A DNA stretch of 63,089 bases, filler included, from Choristocarpus tenellus KU-1152 (GCA_964200185.2; 10 parts of 10 records of this genome joined end to end with filler, not necessarily neighbours in it); one strand, 5' to 3'; shown: positions 11,801 through 23,872, counted from the first letter of the whole stretch. Translations and numbers: made by a program. Notes: generated by a model from the sequence alone, not told the origin.

Positions 11801-13761
11801 AGCCATGATCTTCTGGCGCTCGGAGTAGCCCCTGATAAGAAGGACATGAACCAAAGAAACGTGTAAAGAAAGGTTCCACGGTGCGTCGTCATCATGATGA
11901 ACGGAATAGGTAGTGGAATTATGTGCGTCTGTTTTGGCGGTTATTTCTTGGGACTTAGCACTCATTCGTAGAATAAAACATGGTCATCTATTCTGTTCCG
12001 CATGCGGCTGCAAACCTGTTGACAGATGGACTATGTGTGCGTGTGGTTACCTGTCACCGCCGTGGGTAGGTGGGTAAAGTGCTGGGAGGGCGTGTGCTGT
12101 CTGGTTCGCGGCGTCTACGGACATGAACACGAAGCCGAGAGGTTTGCCGTCGGCTTTGGCCCGCATGGCGCTGCTGGTGCTGTTGGTGATGACAAGCTGA
12201 TCCGCTTGGATAATCTAGAGAATGGGGGACAGCAACATCACGTGAATTAATCAAATAAATCTGCTCAGAGTTTAAAAAAAAATGCCACTTGTTAACACGT
12301 ATCAGACTAGCTAGTAACAAAATGTAGTGTGGGTAACAATAGATGTTTGTATTGGGATGTGTTTTTATTGCTGCGTTCAAGACAAACACAGTGTTATCGG
12401 GATGGTAGGAAGTACGTACGTACCGGGCCGGAAGGCCGCTACATGACCTGTCCCTCCCACAGCCCGTTGTACTAGACCAGGAAGCAGTCTATCATACAAG
12501 GTGTTTGGGCAGCTAATAACAACAAGTTTTGGGGTAAGTGAGGCTACTGCTGCTGCCATAAGCACCTGCGTGGGAGTCTTCATTTGCAAAAGGAAACAGA
12601 TGTTCTTGAAAACGGAGGGCAATGACGGCGACATGTTGTCACTGTACCCTTGTTGCAAAATTAACACTGGACACCTACCTCTCGATAGTCTGACAGCTCC
12701 TTATCGATTAACTCGAGGACGGTGGAGTCGTTCGTGGGTTTTACACCAGGCGCACCGTGCCGCTTCTCTTTTAACGTGACTCATATGTCACATTTCATAA
12801 ACTCGCCTCCTACCCTCACCCTGATGTTGGGCCTGTCCTCTCTGAGCAATCGGAGGAAGTACGCCCTGCTTACCCGCTTGGAAGGGTTGTCAGGATACAC
12901 CCGTATTGCCTCTTTGCAAAAATCCTTGTATAGCTCCTAATTAAGAATGTTGGTTGTGTGGGCAAGTAAGTGAGGAGTTATTGAGAAGGAACACTCGAAG
13001 AACACCCCTGCAAGATCTCTCGAAGGCGGGCTGACCAATAACTTGACTGAGAACGCGGAAGACAGGATCAAGCAAGCTTATTTTGTGCGTTACGAAAGAG
13101 CAAATACAATGATCTTCGTAAATCTGCCATTAGCGTCATTCTGTTCGGGCCTCGCTGCCGTTTGCAGAAGTGGCAAAGGAGGTGAATCTACCATCATCAT
13201 CGTCGTCATCGCGAAGCGCTTTAGACATACGAAGTACACACTTTTCCTACTAATGTCAGACCGGGCCCGGGGCCCCAGAGTAGGTGTGCGCGGCATTGAA
13301 ATAATAGTTATTGTGTCTTCCTTCGTAAAATCGACAAAGAGTATCATCATGAATATTGTAATATCGACATAGCAAACGAAAAAGATAGCACTTTTTATGA
13401 ATCTTGACATGTTCTTTTAACCATAATATCAGAACGGTTAAAGTAATGAGCATCCACCACTCGAAATACTACTTAGATCCACCTTTTCTATGTACTTCTG
13501 GGTCACACTGTTTGCATCTAACTCCAACACAGGGTGCAGCCAACCTCTCCACAACCAAGGGCAAAACCGACCTGTTTGTTCGCGGCGTATATCACAATTG
13601 TGGACTTGTGAGGCATGAACTGCTCGTATGTACCAGCCCAGTAGTCTATCCAGGACATCACCAGGTCTCGCTTCGGAGCCATGTCCTTATCTTTGTTCGT
13701 GCCGTTCCTGTTGTAGTAGCGCACATATGTATATGAATGGATGGGATATGTGTTGGAGGTG
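8821..13761 (-). pseudogene. Intron-containing Sola-like (DUF7869-type) DDD transposase gene, inactivated
   Basis: Exons 13761(gap)-13572, 12936-12679, 12214-12051, 11831-11743, 11328-11216, 10963-10818, 10200-9764 and ~9445-8821. GT-AG phases are consistent for the first six introns; the last junction does not splice cleanly. Motifs: FMKCDI*(CxxC with the second Cys now TGA, 12781-12783), SVDAANQ..ALP, QVDNCVSENKNN, MVGHTHIKIDQIFSRFS, an acidic linker and a C-terminal PLLVGKIL..VDLHW segment. Confidence 0.85.
10376..10630 (+). mobile_element. MITE family A in a transposase intron, TSD ACA (3 bp)
   Basis: gagccagagtatcttagagggta ... caccctttaagatactttcactc. Confidence 0.92.
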
Positions 13762-14237
13762 NNNNNNNNNNNNNNNNNNNNNNNNNNNNNNNNNNNNNNN
13801 NNNNNTTAATTAATTAANNNNNNNNNNNNNNNNNNNNNNNNNNNNNNNNNNNNNNNNNNNNTTTTTTTTCCATTCTACTAACCCCCTAGGGAGCCGTCCC
13901 TCCCCCCCCCCCCCTCACACCAAACTACACAATTCTTCACTACCAACACCTCCTTGCACTTTAAAAAGTGTTTTTAGAGTAAAATTATAAAGGCCAATTC
14001 CTATCACATGAACTTTATGCACTTGAAGTGCACAATGGATATATACACTCCTCCATATTTACAGAAATGTACAATAAACGTGACCAAACCCTAACTAACC
14101 CTTCACATCTGTCACATACACAAAACAGGACCAAAATTAAGGTAATTCAATCTTCATTACACACAACAATACCAACAGTGGCCAAATCTTCCCAACATAG
14201 GCCCTCCATTACACCACATTGCAATAGATCACATTAT

Positions 14238-14265
14238 TAACCCTAACCCTAACCCTAACCCTTAC
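14238..14265. repeat. Interstitial telomeric repeat, (TAACCC)4
   Basis: taaccctaaccctaaccctaaccct; similar tracts at 15438, 15940, 26871 and 61558. Confidence 0.85.
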
Positions 14266-14426
14266 CTCCTCTCTTTGGGATTTTTTTTTCACCAATTTAT
14301 TTGAACGCTTTGAAAGTCTACTTACCAGCGAGTATCACAACTTTTATCACTTTTATCACAACTTATCGCTTGATGATATATCACTTTTATCACGACAAAC
14401 CGCGTCATGAAGTCTGTAACAATTGA

Positions 14427-14563
14427 CAGATCAACAAAGAGGACAAACACCTGACAAGGAATACCAAAACAACAGATCAACAAAGAGGAAAAACGCCTGA
14501 CAAGGAATACCAAAACAAAAAAGATCAACAACGAGGACAACCACCTGACAAGGAATACCAAAA
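14427..14563. repeat. Minisatellite, ~45-bp unit x3
   Basis: agatcaacaaagagga..acacctgacaaggaataccaaaac occurs three times in tandem. Confidence 0.9.
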
Positions 14564-15090
14564 CCCGATACAGACGATCAAACATGAGCGCAGGCTAATG
14601 GAGGCCAGCCAGGCAAGCAATTGAAGCAATTCTTCCTACTCCTACTTAGTCCCCAAGTGTGGCACGAGGTCCATAAAAAAAAAGGTAAACCAGTGACCGT
14701 GAGGATGTAGACCACCATGGAGAAGGTCAAGGTAACACATCCTTCCATAGGACATTATTTTTCTTCTAGTCCCAAAAATAAAAAAACTTCTCGGTTTGGG
14801 TGAGACAACACACCACAACACAACACAACACAACACACCTCCTCAACACTCATAGGTAGGTACAGAGGTGCAAGGTCATCGCACTGAGATTCTGCATGGG
14901 ATTAATCAATCACTACTGAGAACAAATATAGCAGTAAAATCCAATCAATGTGTCACACTCAATCATCACACCGTGCCCGCACGCCCCCCCATAAAATAGA
15001 AAAATGGAAGATAACCACCTGAAGTACTACAGGGTTACCTAGAAACCAGAATACACACTGGTGATAATCACAATTTCCTCAATCACTCAC

Positions 15091-18000
15091 CTCTCTCTCT
15101 CTCTTGGACAGGGTATGGAGTAGCTGTTCAACCCTTCCCTTAAGCATACCGTCTTGAATCCCCCCATCCATCTTCATTTCGTCATCTTCCACACCCTCTC
15201 CCACCTTCCGAGACTCTTTTGACTGTTCATCAGATACATATTGAGCCTTATCCATACTTGATGACTCTTGAGTCACAGAATCATAGAACTGGAAAGGAAG
15301 AAAAAAATAAAGTTTATTTTTACTTAGTGATACATTGAAAAGAATGCACAAGTGGAGGGAACTAGACCACACTGCAGTCCTTCCCCTCCCTTACATAATA
15401 CAATATATATATACACCTCAAAATAAAACATCCCAATCTAACCCTAACCCTAACACCACAAATGCCTACATGCATGAACATAGTGAATTATAAAAAAAAG
15501 GAATAGAACTTCATGGAGTGTACCCCCTCCAAGATCACACCTCAAACCCTCTACAACACAACCAACCACCTCAAAAAAATAAAGGAAAAAACTGGTAACA
15601 AGCACTTCAACTACATCATCAGTAAAGCAACAACCACAGCGACCTGAGTAGAGCAATACAGAAAGACATAGCCCCCCCCCCCCACAAAATGAAAAGGTCT
15701 CCAATACAAATAGTAGGTGCCGTTTGGGTAAACAACTTAGTGAAAGGTACAGTCTTACCAACAATCAAGCATGTGTACACCATACCTGAGATCAAATCAA
15801 TCAGTCAACACCATGCTACGGGAACAAAAGAAATCCCATCAGGACAAACCTGCACTGGCACACAAACTATCCAATGATTTACTTCCATTAATGTTGACTG
15901 CAGTACGTTGACGTACAATGTTGCAGTCAAACAGAACTACTAACCCTAACCCTAACCCTAAGTACCACTTCACTCCATACTATACTCAACACTAAAGCAC
16001 ACACGAGGTACTGTTTTCTTAACTGGGTGACGTCCAATCAAAAGTCAGCAAAAGTGTGTGACCAAACAAGAGAGGCAAAACATACACAAAAAAATAAAAA
16101 GTACATAGATACATTGATACATACATTCATATATACATTCATATATACATACATTGATACATACATTCATACATAAAAAAATAAAAAGTAAAACAACACT
16201 CTTCTTCGAGATTCTATCGGGAAACAAATCAGGCATTTTCAGAGTACAAACCACCAACTAGAAACACCCTACCATGACCGCTATCCACACTATCCACCGC
16301 TTGTACAGTAGTATCAACAGGCACCTCATGTCATCACCAAAAAAATAAAACACATCGCAGAACTAGCTCTCGACATGCTTCTTTTTTTTTTTAATCCAAA
16401 GAAATACACAACTGACTTGCCTGTATCTTGCTAAGGTCCACTTGCAATCGCTCGCTGAGTTCAATCTGGGTGGGTTCTCGACCAAGTTCATCTATCATCT
16501 CCAATGAAGTTTTCCTAACTGTGTTTTGGAAATCGTGCACATGAACTGGCAGTCGAACCACACGACCCTGGAGAAGGAGGAACCACCAGGATGTAGGTAC
16601 ATTAGGGTCTAAACAACGCCATTTCAAGAGGCATGTATTACATGTAGGTATATTAGTCGCGTGAGCGTATCTGCATGGAATTAGTCAATTGGGATATTAC
16701 CAATCCATCCAAAGGAGTGTAAAAAACGCATTAGATTGAAATATTTTATTTTGACCTTGTGCGCTGAGGTTTTTCCAGCACGTTTGTCAACTGTGGACCA
16801 TCATACCAAGCGCTACTGTTTGCTGGAGAAAGGTTGGCATCTACCTGACAATCTCTTCCCCTACAACAGGAGGTCAGGTGTATGAGGTTGCAAGTCTATG
16901 ACGATGGAGGGCAAAGAGTGAAAGTATCTTAGGGTTAGGGTACACGAGGTTTGCCCTGTTTGTCCGTTTGAGGTTTGCCTTCCCATGTGTTCTTCATGAC
17001 ATTTTCCTAATCCAAAATGTTTAGGAGTAGGCAAAGTGTGTATGTTATGAAAAGGTGTGTCTGGAACATGGGTATTGACACTTCCTAGCAAACACGATAG
17101 CAAAAATTACATCAAAATCACAACATTGGATTTTGTCCCCCAAATGGACGCAGCTCCACCCTCTAAGATACTTTGACTCAAAGCGACATGTAATGCGCAG
17201 TCACTCAAAAGAGGGTGGGTAGTTAGGCAGGGGAACCAATGCGATGACGAAAAAATATACATGCATATCATTGCATGGAAGCTTGATCTTTCCCCCTTCC
17301 TTCCCAATCCTTAATGCCCTCCTCAAACCATGTCTGAATCCAAGGTCACCTGATCAGAGCAGGCCCGTAGACAACTTTGCTTGATCCACCAGGTAGCATA
17401 CGTGGAGAATTTGAATCCTCGCTCCGGATCAAACCTCTCTGCAGCCTTAGCCAACCCAAATGTCCCCTCCTGAACAAGGTCAGTCAAGCTGAGCCCACGA
17501 GGAACGTAACGCTTCGCGATACTGACCACAAGTCGCGTGTTAGCATTGATCATTACGTGCTTGGCCTGGGCCGATTTCATTAGCTGGCGAGAAAGCTCTG
17601 CCTCCGACATCCTGAGCGCCCTCGCCCATTCAGCATCCGTGGGAGTCACTCCTGTTCGCAAAATCATTCTGGTTCGCATGCTCTCCCACCTGATCACCTT
17701 CTGTATTTGTCGACCGAGGACTATTTCCTCGTATGGGTCCAGGAGGCCAATCTTTCCCACATGTTTCAAGTAGAAGAACAGAGGGTTGGCATTATCCTGC
17801 CCAACTGGGATGATATTATCCTGCACTTCCGATTTGGGTCTCTCTTCTCGTCCCACCCCACGCCGTCCTGTTGGATCTGCTGGATTGAAGCTTGTTTGAG
17901 AGCTTGCCTCATCAGCCTTTCTCCTATCCTGCCCTTCACAGTCCGTAGTGGGCACACCTTTTGGTCGCCAGGATGTATTTGCTCTAGTTTCCGTGGCTGC

Positions 18001-18425
18001 CACCATTTGTGGCGGTTCAACCCCTGTTGTCCTCCGTGTCCTCGTCAACACCTTACCCGTCGCGGCCTGAAGTCGACGGTTTTGGGTCCTCGAAGACGCC
18101 CTGCACAACCGAACTGGGATTGCCACGTCGTTTTTTTAAGTAGGGCGAGCAAAGGTTATACAGGACATGGAATGAGGCATGGAGTGACATGTATGTAGAA
18201 ACATGTGGCATATGCAGAGAAGCCATGTCGCTTTACAACATAGCAACTCCAGAGGGCAAGTCCAGACCTATTACCTTTTCTAATGGAAATTGATATCCCC
18301 ACAATTTTCTTACCCGCATCACCTTTTGGAGCAAAGCCTCCTTGCATCTTGAACCCTCCCGCCTGTGGTGCTGATGCACACGCTGTCCCAACCAGACACG
18401 CCACCACTCTCTTTGTGTTAACCAT
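15091..18425 (-). CDS. Nucleus-encoded plastid RNA polymerase sigma-70 factor (RpoD-like); exons 18425-18314, 18113-17350, 16567-16421, 15288-15091; region-4 exon not located
   Basis: Region 1.2 [24 protein letters not shown]; region 2 [48 protein letters not shown]; region 3 [16 protein letters not shown]; [12 protein letters not shown]-terminal signal peptide ending AGG-F. Splice phases are consistent. Confidence 0.92.
16916..17179 (-). mobile_element. MITE family A in sigma-factor intron 2, TSD AAA; one TIR carries TTAGGGTTAGGG
   Basis: gagtgaaagtatcttagggttagggta ... ccctctaagatactttgactc. Confidence 0.92.
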
Positions 18426-18889
18426 CCTGGAACAGCCCCGGCCGAAAAATCTATGTTTCCTAGATACGTCTAATTCGCTCTCTCCGAAACCTCCTTATGT
18501 TTTGGTCTGCCCAGGCGTGTCAACGCCAATCTGTCCTCTCAATCTCCCCACCTCAACAAAACGCCCACTTGAAGTTCTACTCCCAGGTCGTCGAGCGGTT
18601 CTATGAAGAAAGGAGGGAAGGCTACCCCCGTTAGACGTTTAATCCGCACGTCCTTAGGGTAAAGATCCCTGTAATGGCGCGTGGGATGACACGGTGGGCA
18701 ATACCCTGTTCCTATGTTCCTATATTTTGACGCAGATGACAATTATCACAAAACAGTCTGTGGGTGACAAAGCGGCGAGCGCGCAAGGCCTCGCGTTTTT
18801 ATTTTGTTTTGTGACGTTCTAAGTTGCACTTCAGACAGTTTGGAGTTTAGTAGTAATCTATGACGTTGTTAGGGGATGTTAGTGACACA

Positions 18890-19008
18890 AACCGTTGAAG
18901 CGTTAATACTACCTATTACTATTTTATACAAAATATAACCTCAACACCTTTGCGGTGGAAAGTTTTGGGCGCCTCGGCAAGCAAGCGGAAAGCTTCCTGG
19001 ATGAGCTG
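18890..19008 (+). mobile_element. Non-LTR retrotransposon fragment (CRE-like restriction-like endonuclease region)
   Basis: KYNLNTFAVESFGRLGKQAESFLDEL fits the AVE(S/T)FGxLG..A..FL motif at the C-terminal end of CRE-clade RLE domains. Confidence 0.6.
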
Positions 19009-19108
19009 NNNNNNNNNNNNNNNNNNNNNNNNNNNNNNNNNNNNNNNNNNNNTTAATTAATTAANNNNNNNNNNNNNNNNNNNNNNNNNNNNNNNNNNNN
19101 NNNNNNNN

Positions 19109-19170
19109 GAGCCAAGCCCCACAAATGGACAAACAGGGAAAAATTCGTACTCTCTAAGATAATTTCACTC
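19109..19170 (+). mobile_element. MITE family A, right end (cut by gap)
   Basis: caagccccacaaatggacaaacaggg...ctctaagataatttcactc. Confidence 0.85.
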
Positions 19171-19913
19171 TCAGTCAATAATTATTTGCTAACATTATCG
19201 AGGAAATAGTTGACCCAGAACGGGATTTTCTGGCAGGGCGCTGGGCTTGTGATACCTCTATCACAAGAATTGAATCCCCTGTTGCTCACTTTCAATGTAA
19301 GACTTACACACAGACCACAGCTACATGTGTACGTCTAGTTCCATAGTCTAATTTGCACACAAGCAGGCAGAGCCACCCCTAGGCACACCCTATGCCTATG
19401 TTATTGTGATTTTGTGTTTGTATTTGTTAGTGTTCATGATTCTGAAAGGGCAAAAGTCTTTCTATGAAACTACCTTATTTTGACGTGAGTGTGAGACTTT
19501 GGCGTAGGAGGTCTTCTCCTGTGAACGTTAAGTCCAATGCAGAGTGAGTGCCGTGAGGCACGAGTGTCACACTAGCATATCTGTCGTTAGGGCAAACGAT
19601 GGAAGGGACATTTTCCTCCAGGTTTCCTCTTCCGCTTCATCCCCAACACTGCATACTGATAGTTAGGACCTGGAAGTGATATTCATTTTATTTCTGCTAA
19701 GTTCCTGATAGGATAAGGAGTACAATTTTGTTTCCTTGTCCAATCGCCCGCTGTTCTTCGTTTTGAGGCAGTTACACTATGTGCTGGGGAGCATGGCACA
19801 GATTATGGGTCTTAATGGCGTTTTTGAAACCGTCACTATGAGCTTGAAATACTAGATTAAATATATTATACCTGTTGACATATATATATATATATATTTA
19901 TTACCTAGAAATT

Positions 19914-20155
19914 GAGCCAAAGTATCTTAGAGGGTAGAGCCGCGTCCGTTTGGGGGCAAAAATACAATGTTGCGATTTTGATATAATTTTGGTTTATCAT
20001 ATATGTCAGGAAGTGTCAATATCCTTGTTGCGGAAACACCTTTTCATAACGTACACATTTCGGAGTAGGAAAAAGTCATAAAACCCCCCCGAGGGAAATC
20101 AAGCCCCAAATGGACAAACAGGGAAAAACTCGTACCCTCTGAGATACTTTCACTC
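19914..20155 (+). mobile_element. MITE family A lacking one arm of the internal hairpin; no recognisable TSD
   Basis: Both TIRs intact; internal sequence reads acacatttcggagtagg instead of the full hairpin. Confidence 0.9.
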
Positions 20156-20758
20156 CGTACGTATCTACTGCAACTCCTGTACGAGAAGCTGTCTGAAATG
20201 TTATTTCTGTCTTCTCTGTGCTGTAGTTGTTCTCCATTCATCTAGCGAAAACAACCACAACCAAGGCACTATACAGACTTTTCCCCTATCTCATAAGCAT
20301 GGATCAACCAAAGACACTAAGTGGGGGTGCGATATTACACCCATCGTCTCAACTATCCCAACATTTGGCTTCTCACTAACAGGAAAGAATTGGGAAATTT
20401 GTATATAATACTATATACATGATTAAGTCTACAAAATCGGCAGGGTCGAAATCAAGATAACTTCTGATTGGCGCATATAACCTCCTAATTGAAACAATAT
20501 ATCCAAGGCATTCAACTTCTGCTGGGCCAAACTCCAGTTTAGAAGGTTTTAAAATAAGGACAGCATTTTGAAGGGAAATGAAAAGCTTTTAAAGCAAGGC
20601 TATACGATGTTCCCAAGTGGCAGAACGAAGAATGAGGCCATCCATAAGACCAAGCAGACCTGACCCCGTGCCAAAATCAGATAGAGCTCGAGTCATCATT
20701 CGTTGAAAAATTAAAATGGGCATTGCTAAGACCAAAAGAAGCCGTTTCCATACAAACT

Positions 20759-20941
20759 GGTTCAAAGTATCTGGGGGGGGGGGGTGCCAGCTGTCCATTT
20801 GGGTTCAAATTTTTCATATCGCGATTTTTGGGTCATTTGGTTGCATGCGTTGAATGGATAATTTATGTGCACATTTCCTGGTTTTGGTACAAATGGACAC
20901 CCTGGTGTAGACTGCCCCCGCCCCCCCAGATACTTTGGGTC
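20759..20941 (+). mobile_element. MITE family B (~180 bp, G/C-tract TIRs), TSD ACT (3 bp)
   Basis: ggttcaaagtatctggggg ... cccccagatactttgggtc; removing it plus one ACT restores the RT reading frame. Confidence 0.93.
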
Positions 20942-21067
20942 ACTTGCCTTTATGGGTGACAAAAACAGTCTTGACAATATCTGCTTCGGTCACAAGGATT
21001 TGATGATATGTTGATTGTACATCTGCAACAGAGAGAAACTTCGCTGCACCAATGCAAACGAGATATT

Positions 21068-21325
21068 GAGTGAAAGTATCTTAGAGGGTACGAGTTTTTC
21101 CTTGTTTGTCCATTTGGGGCTTGAGTTCCCACGGGTTGTTAATGACATTTTATCAAGCCCAAAATTTTTCGGAATAGGAAAAATGTGTATGTTATGAAAA
21201 GGTGTGTCCGGAACAAGGATATTGGTATCTCCTAACAAATATGATAGACCAAATCAATCAAAATTGCAACGTTGGATTTTGGCCCCCAAATGGATGCGGC
21301 TCTACCCTCTAAGATAGTATGACTC
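21068..21325 (-). mobile_element. MITE family A, TSD ATT (3 bp)
   Basis: gagtgaaagtatcttagagggta ... taccctctaagatagtatgactc. Confidence 0.93.
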
Positions 21326-23801
21326 ATTCTTCAGCTAAAGGTATGCACCAAGAACGTTTATAAGGTGTTTATTCATGGTCCTCCAATAATTAATACAGAA
21401 TCTTAGGGCCCCATCTGCTTTGGCTATAATAGTAACAAGAGATCCCCATAGGCTAGGGCAAGCTTCAATTATTTATTCGTTTCGCAAATCTTCAACACAT
21501 TTATTTATCAATAATACCCCTTAACATGTGGATTGGTTCGATAAGATGCCTAATAAACTGATCTAGTTCGTGGTTAGAGAGGAGAATCTGCTTCAGCAAT
21601 CATCATGCAAGTTCCCAATTTGGAGGTATGAAGGAAAATACCGAACGGAATCTGCCAAAAAGATATAGTTTCATATCATATATTGCTCCGAAAGCAACAA
21701 TACTGATATCAAGAAGAATATCATCAGGTCCTAAGTTGAGCAATACCAAAGCTTCAAATGGAATAGTAATACCACCTAATTGTAGAGAAAACCTGATAAA
21801 CCCATGATGGTCAGAGCACTGACATTTGCAGAACAAAGGTTGATTGCACCTGATGGCATCTGTTCAATATGGGAATTCTGGACAGTAGTGTGGGTACAAA
21901 ATTTTTGGAGAAACATATATCACTTTCAGTGTCCAAAATTCGTGTGTCTCGTGCAGAATTCATTTTTCCTTCAACACGAATACGCTTGACGATTTGAGAC
22001 ACGAAGGAAGAGAGACATAATGTGATAATGCTCTGGCGTACTATGTTGAAGTAGTATTATGTTGGAGGGGGCGTCGAAGGAGTTTGATTGCTAGCTGAGC
22101 GACCAATAATGACATGTCTATTGGGGTTGGGGACTTCTCGTTCAAGCAGTTTATTTGTAGCCTGAAGAGCAGCAATATTTGCCGACGGAATCAAAGGATT
22201 CGTCATGTCCCTCGTCTCTGTCAAGTTCCAAATAAGGTCCATGCTTGGAGGATGTTTTTCTTCGATGGTTGCCTTCAACTCGGAATTGATTAGATTGATG
22301 CACAATTCCCCAGTTGGTGATGTTGACTGTGGCACCAGTGGTGTTGATGAAGTAACCTGTAAAGATGTTGACGGGATATTTACAGTCTGCGTAACAGGGG
22401 GTGCTAACGGTAAGGGTTAGTGGGACCGATACCCATATTCTCCAGATATTTTAACAGTACTCTTCTTCGATCAGGGTAAGGATTTTGTTTTCTACATGAA
22501 TTTAGATGGTTCGAATCCTGTCGACGCCAGATTTTCCCCTACAAACTTGGTTTCAATTATACTATAGATCGTCCTCTAACCCACTAGCTAAGGCGACGGC
22601 TGCCACATATACTTTGGGGGTTTGAACCCCTTCAACGCCAGGTTCATATTAATGTAAACCTGGTTTCGACGATGAGTGGGTGATTATCCACTGACATCAA
22701 CTGTTGGACAACACGTTGATCAACCACCCAGAAATCTGTGTCCCCAAAGATTCCAGATGCTTCATGAAGTAGAAGTTTCCTTGCATCTTCTAGAATAACT
22801 TTGTCAAACAATAGAGGATATTGATCATGGACGCTGGTAGCAGGTGTTCGTCTGGTTCTCTTTGAATTCCTCTACCGTGAGACTCTGAAGATGATTTTCT
22901 GTTGTGTGGAAGATGTTGTGTCGTCTCCTTGATCAAACTTTAGGCCAGTCAGAGTGATGTGGCATAGGTATGTAGGGTAAGCGTGGTGCTCAAAGTACGG
23001 GTAATGTACTCAGAGTTTTCCCCAAATCATTGCTAAAGTACTCTCCCACTTCAGAAAGAATGTCGTCGTTGCCAATGTGAAACAGATGGAAACAGGCCGA
23101 CATGTTCTTTGGACTGAAGGGGAGCACGAAGACCCACACGAGGCAAGAAATTGGAAAGAGACAAGGCAAGAAGGAGAGGAATCTCTCAGAAGATCACTCA
23201 GGAAAGAGTGGACAAGCAAAAAGTGAATGAGGAGGGTTTGCAACGTTCCCTCAAATTATCCGTTAAAAACTTCAACCAGATGTTGTTCACTTCAAGACGT
23301 AAAAGCAGATGTTATGTGAACAACCATAAAATGTATACCTTAGTTGGAAGATAGTTCTCACACATTTTGCAGTTAGTTCATTAAATATAGTAGAATCGAT
23401 TACTCATCAAAGATGTATTATTGTATCAAGATATAATATGTATGATCGAACCCCAATCAAGGTTTAAGATCGTATAACAAATCAGCGAACCACAAAAGCC
23501 CATTGTGTGGAAAGCATGTTTGTCTGCTATTATACCGTTATTGCCGTATGCCATATACCATTATATCGTGTTACCGATTAAGGTTCCCAGTCAAGAATCC
23601 ATGATTCCCCGCACAGACGTTTCTGTCCGAATGTCACACATGGAAGATCCACTTTGTTCTCATGTCTTGACTGGTGGTGATGAAGCNNNNNNNNNNNNNN
23701 NNNNNNNNNNNNNNNNNNNNNNNNNNNNNNTTAATTAATTAANNNNNNNNNNNNNNNNNNNNNNNNNNNNNNNNNNNNNNNNNNNNCTATACTCCGGCTC
23801 C

Positions 23802-23803
<2 letters not shown>

Positions 23804-23856
<53 letters not shown>

Positions 23857-23872
23857 AGATACTTTGACCCTG
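23804..23872 (+). mobile_element. Family C-type element end (poly-C + agatactttgaccctg)
   Basis: Same terminus as at 34055 and 48622. Confidence 0.6.

Larger units (their letters stand above)
20170..22480 (-). mobile_element. Decayed Ty3/Gypsy gag-protease-RT, interrupted by two MITEs
   Basis: Protease-region FIRFSLQLGGITIPFEALVLLNLGPDDILLD; RT KTVFVTHKGKFVWKR (after MITE removal) and FQRMMTRAL..GSGLLGLMDGLILRSATWEH. Confidence 0.75.

Noticed and set aside
12781-12783. CxxU selenocysteine reading of the in-frame TGA
   Set aside because: The motif is a zinc-binding-type CxxC of a transposase that has other lesions, and no SECIS was recognised; a nonsense mutation is simpler.
14838-14900. Candidate region-4 exon of the sigma factor (..LPMSVEE|gt)
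   Set aside because: No in-phase acceptor and no RFGL or RERVRQIE motif.
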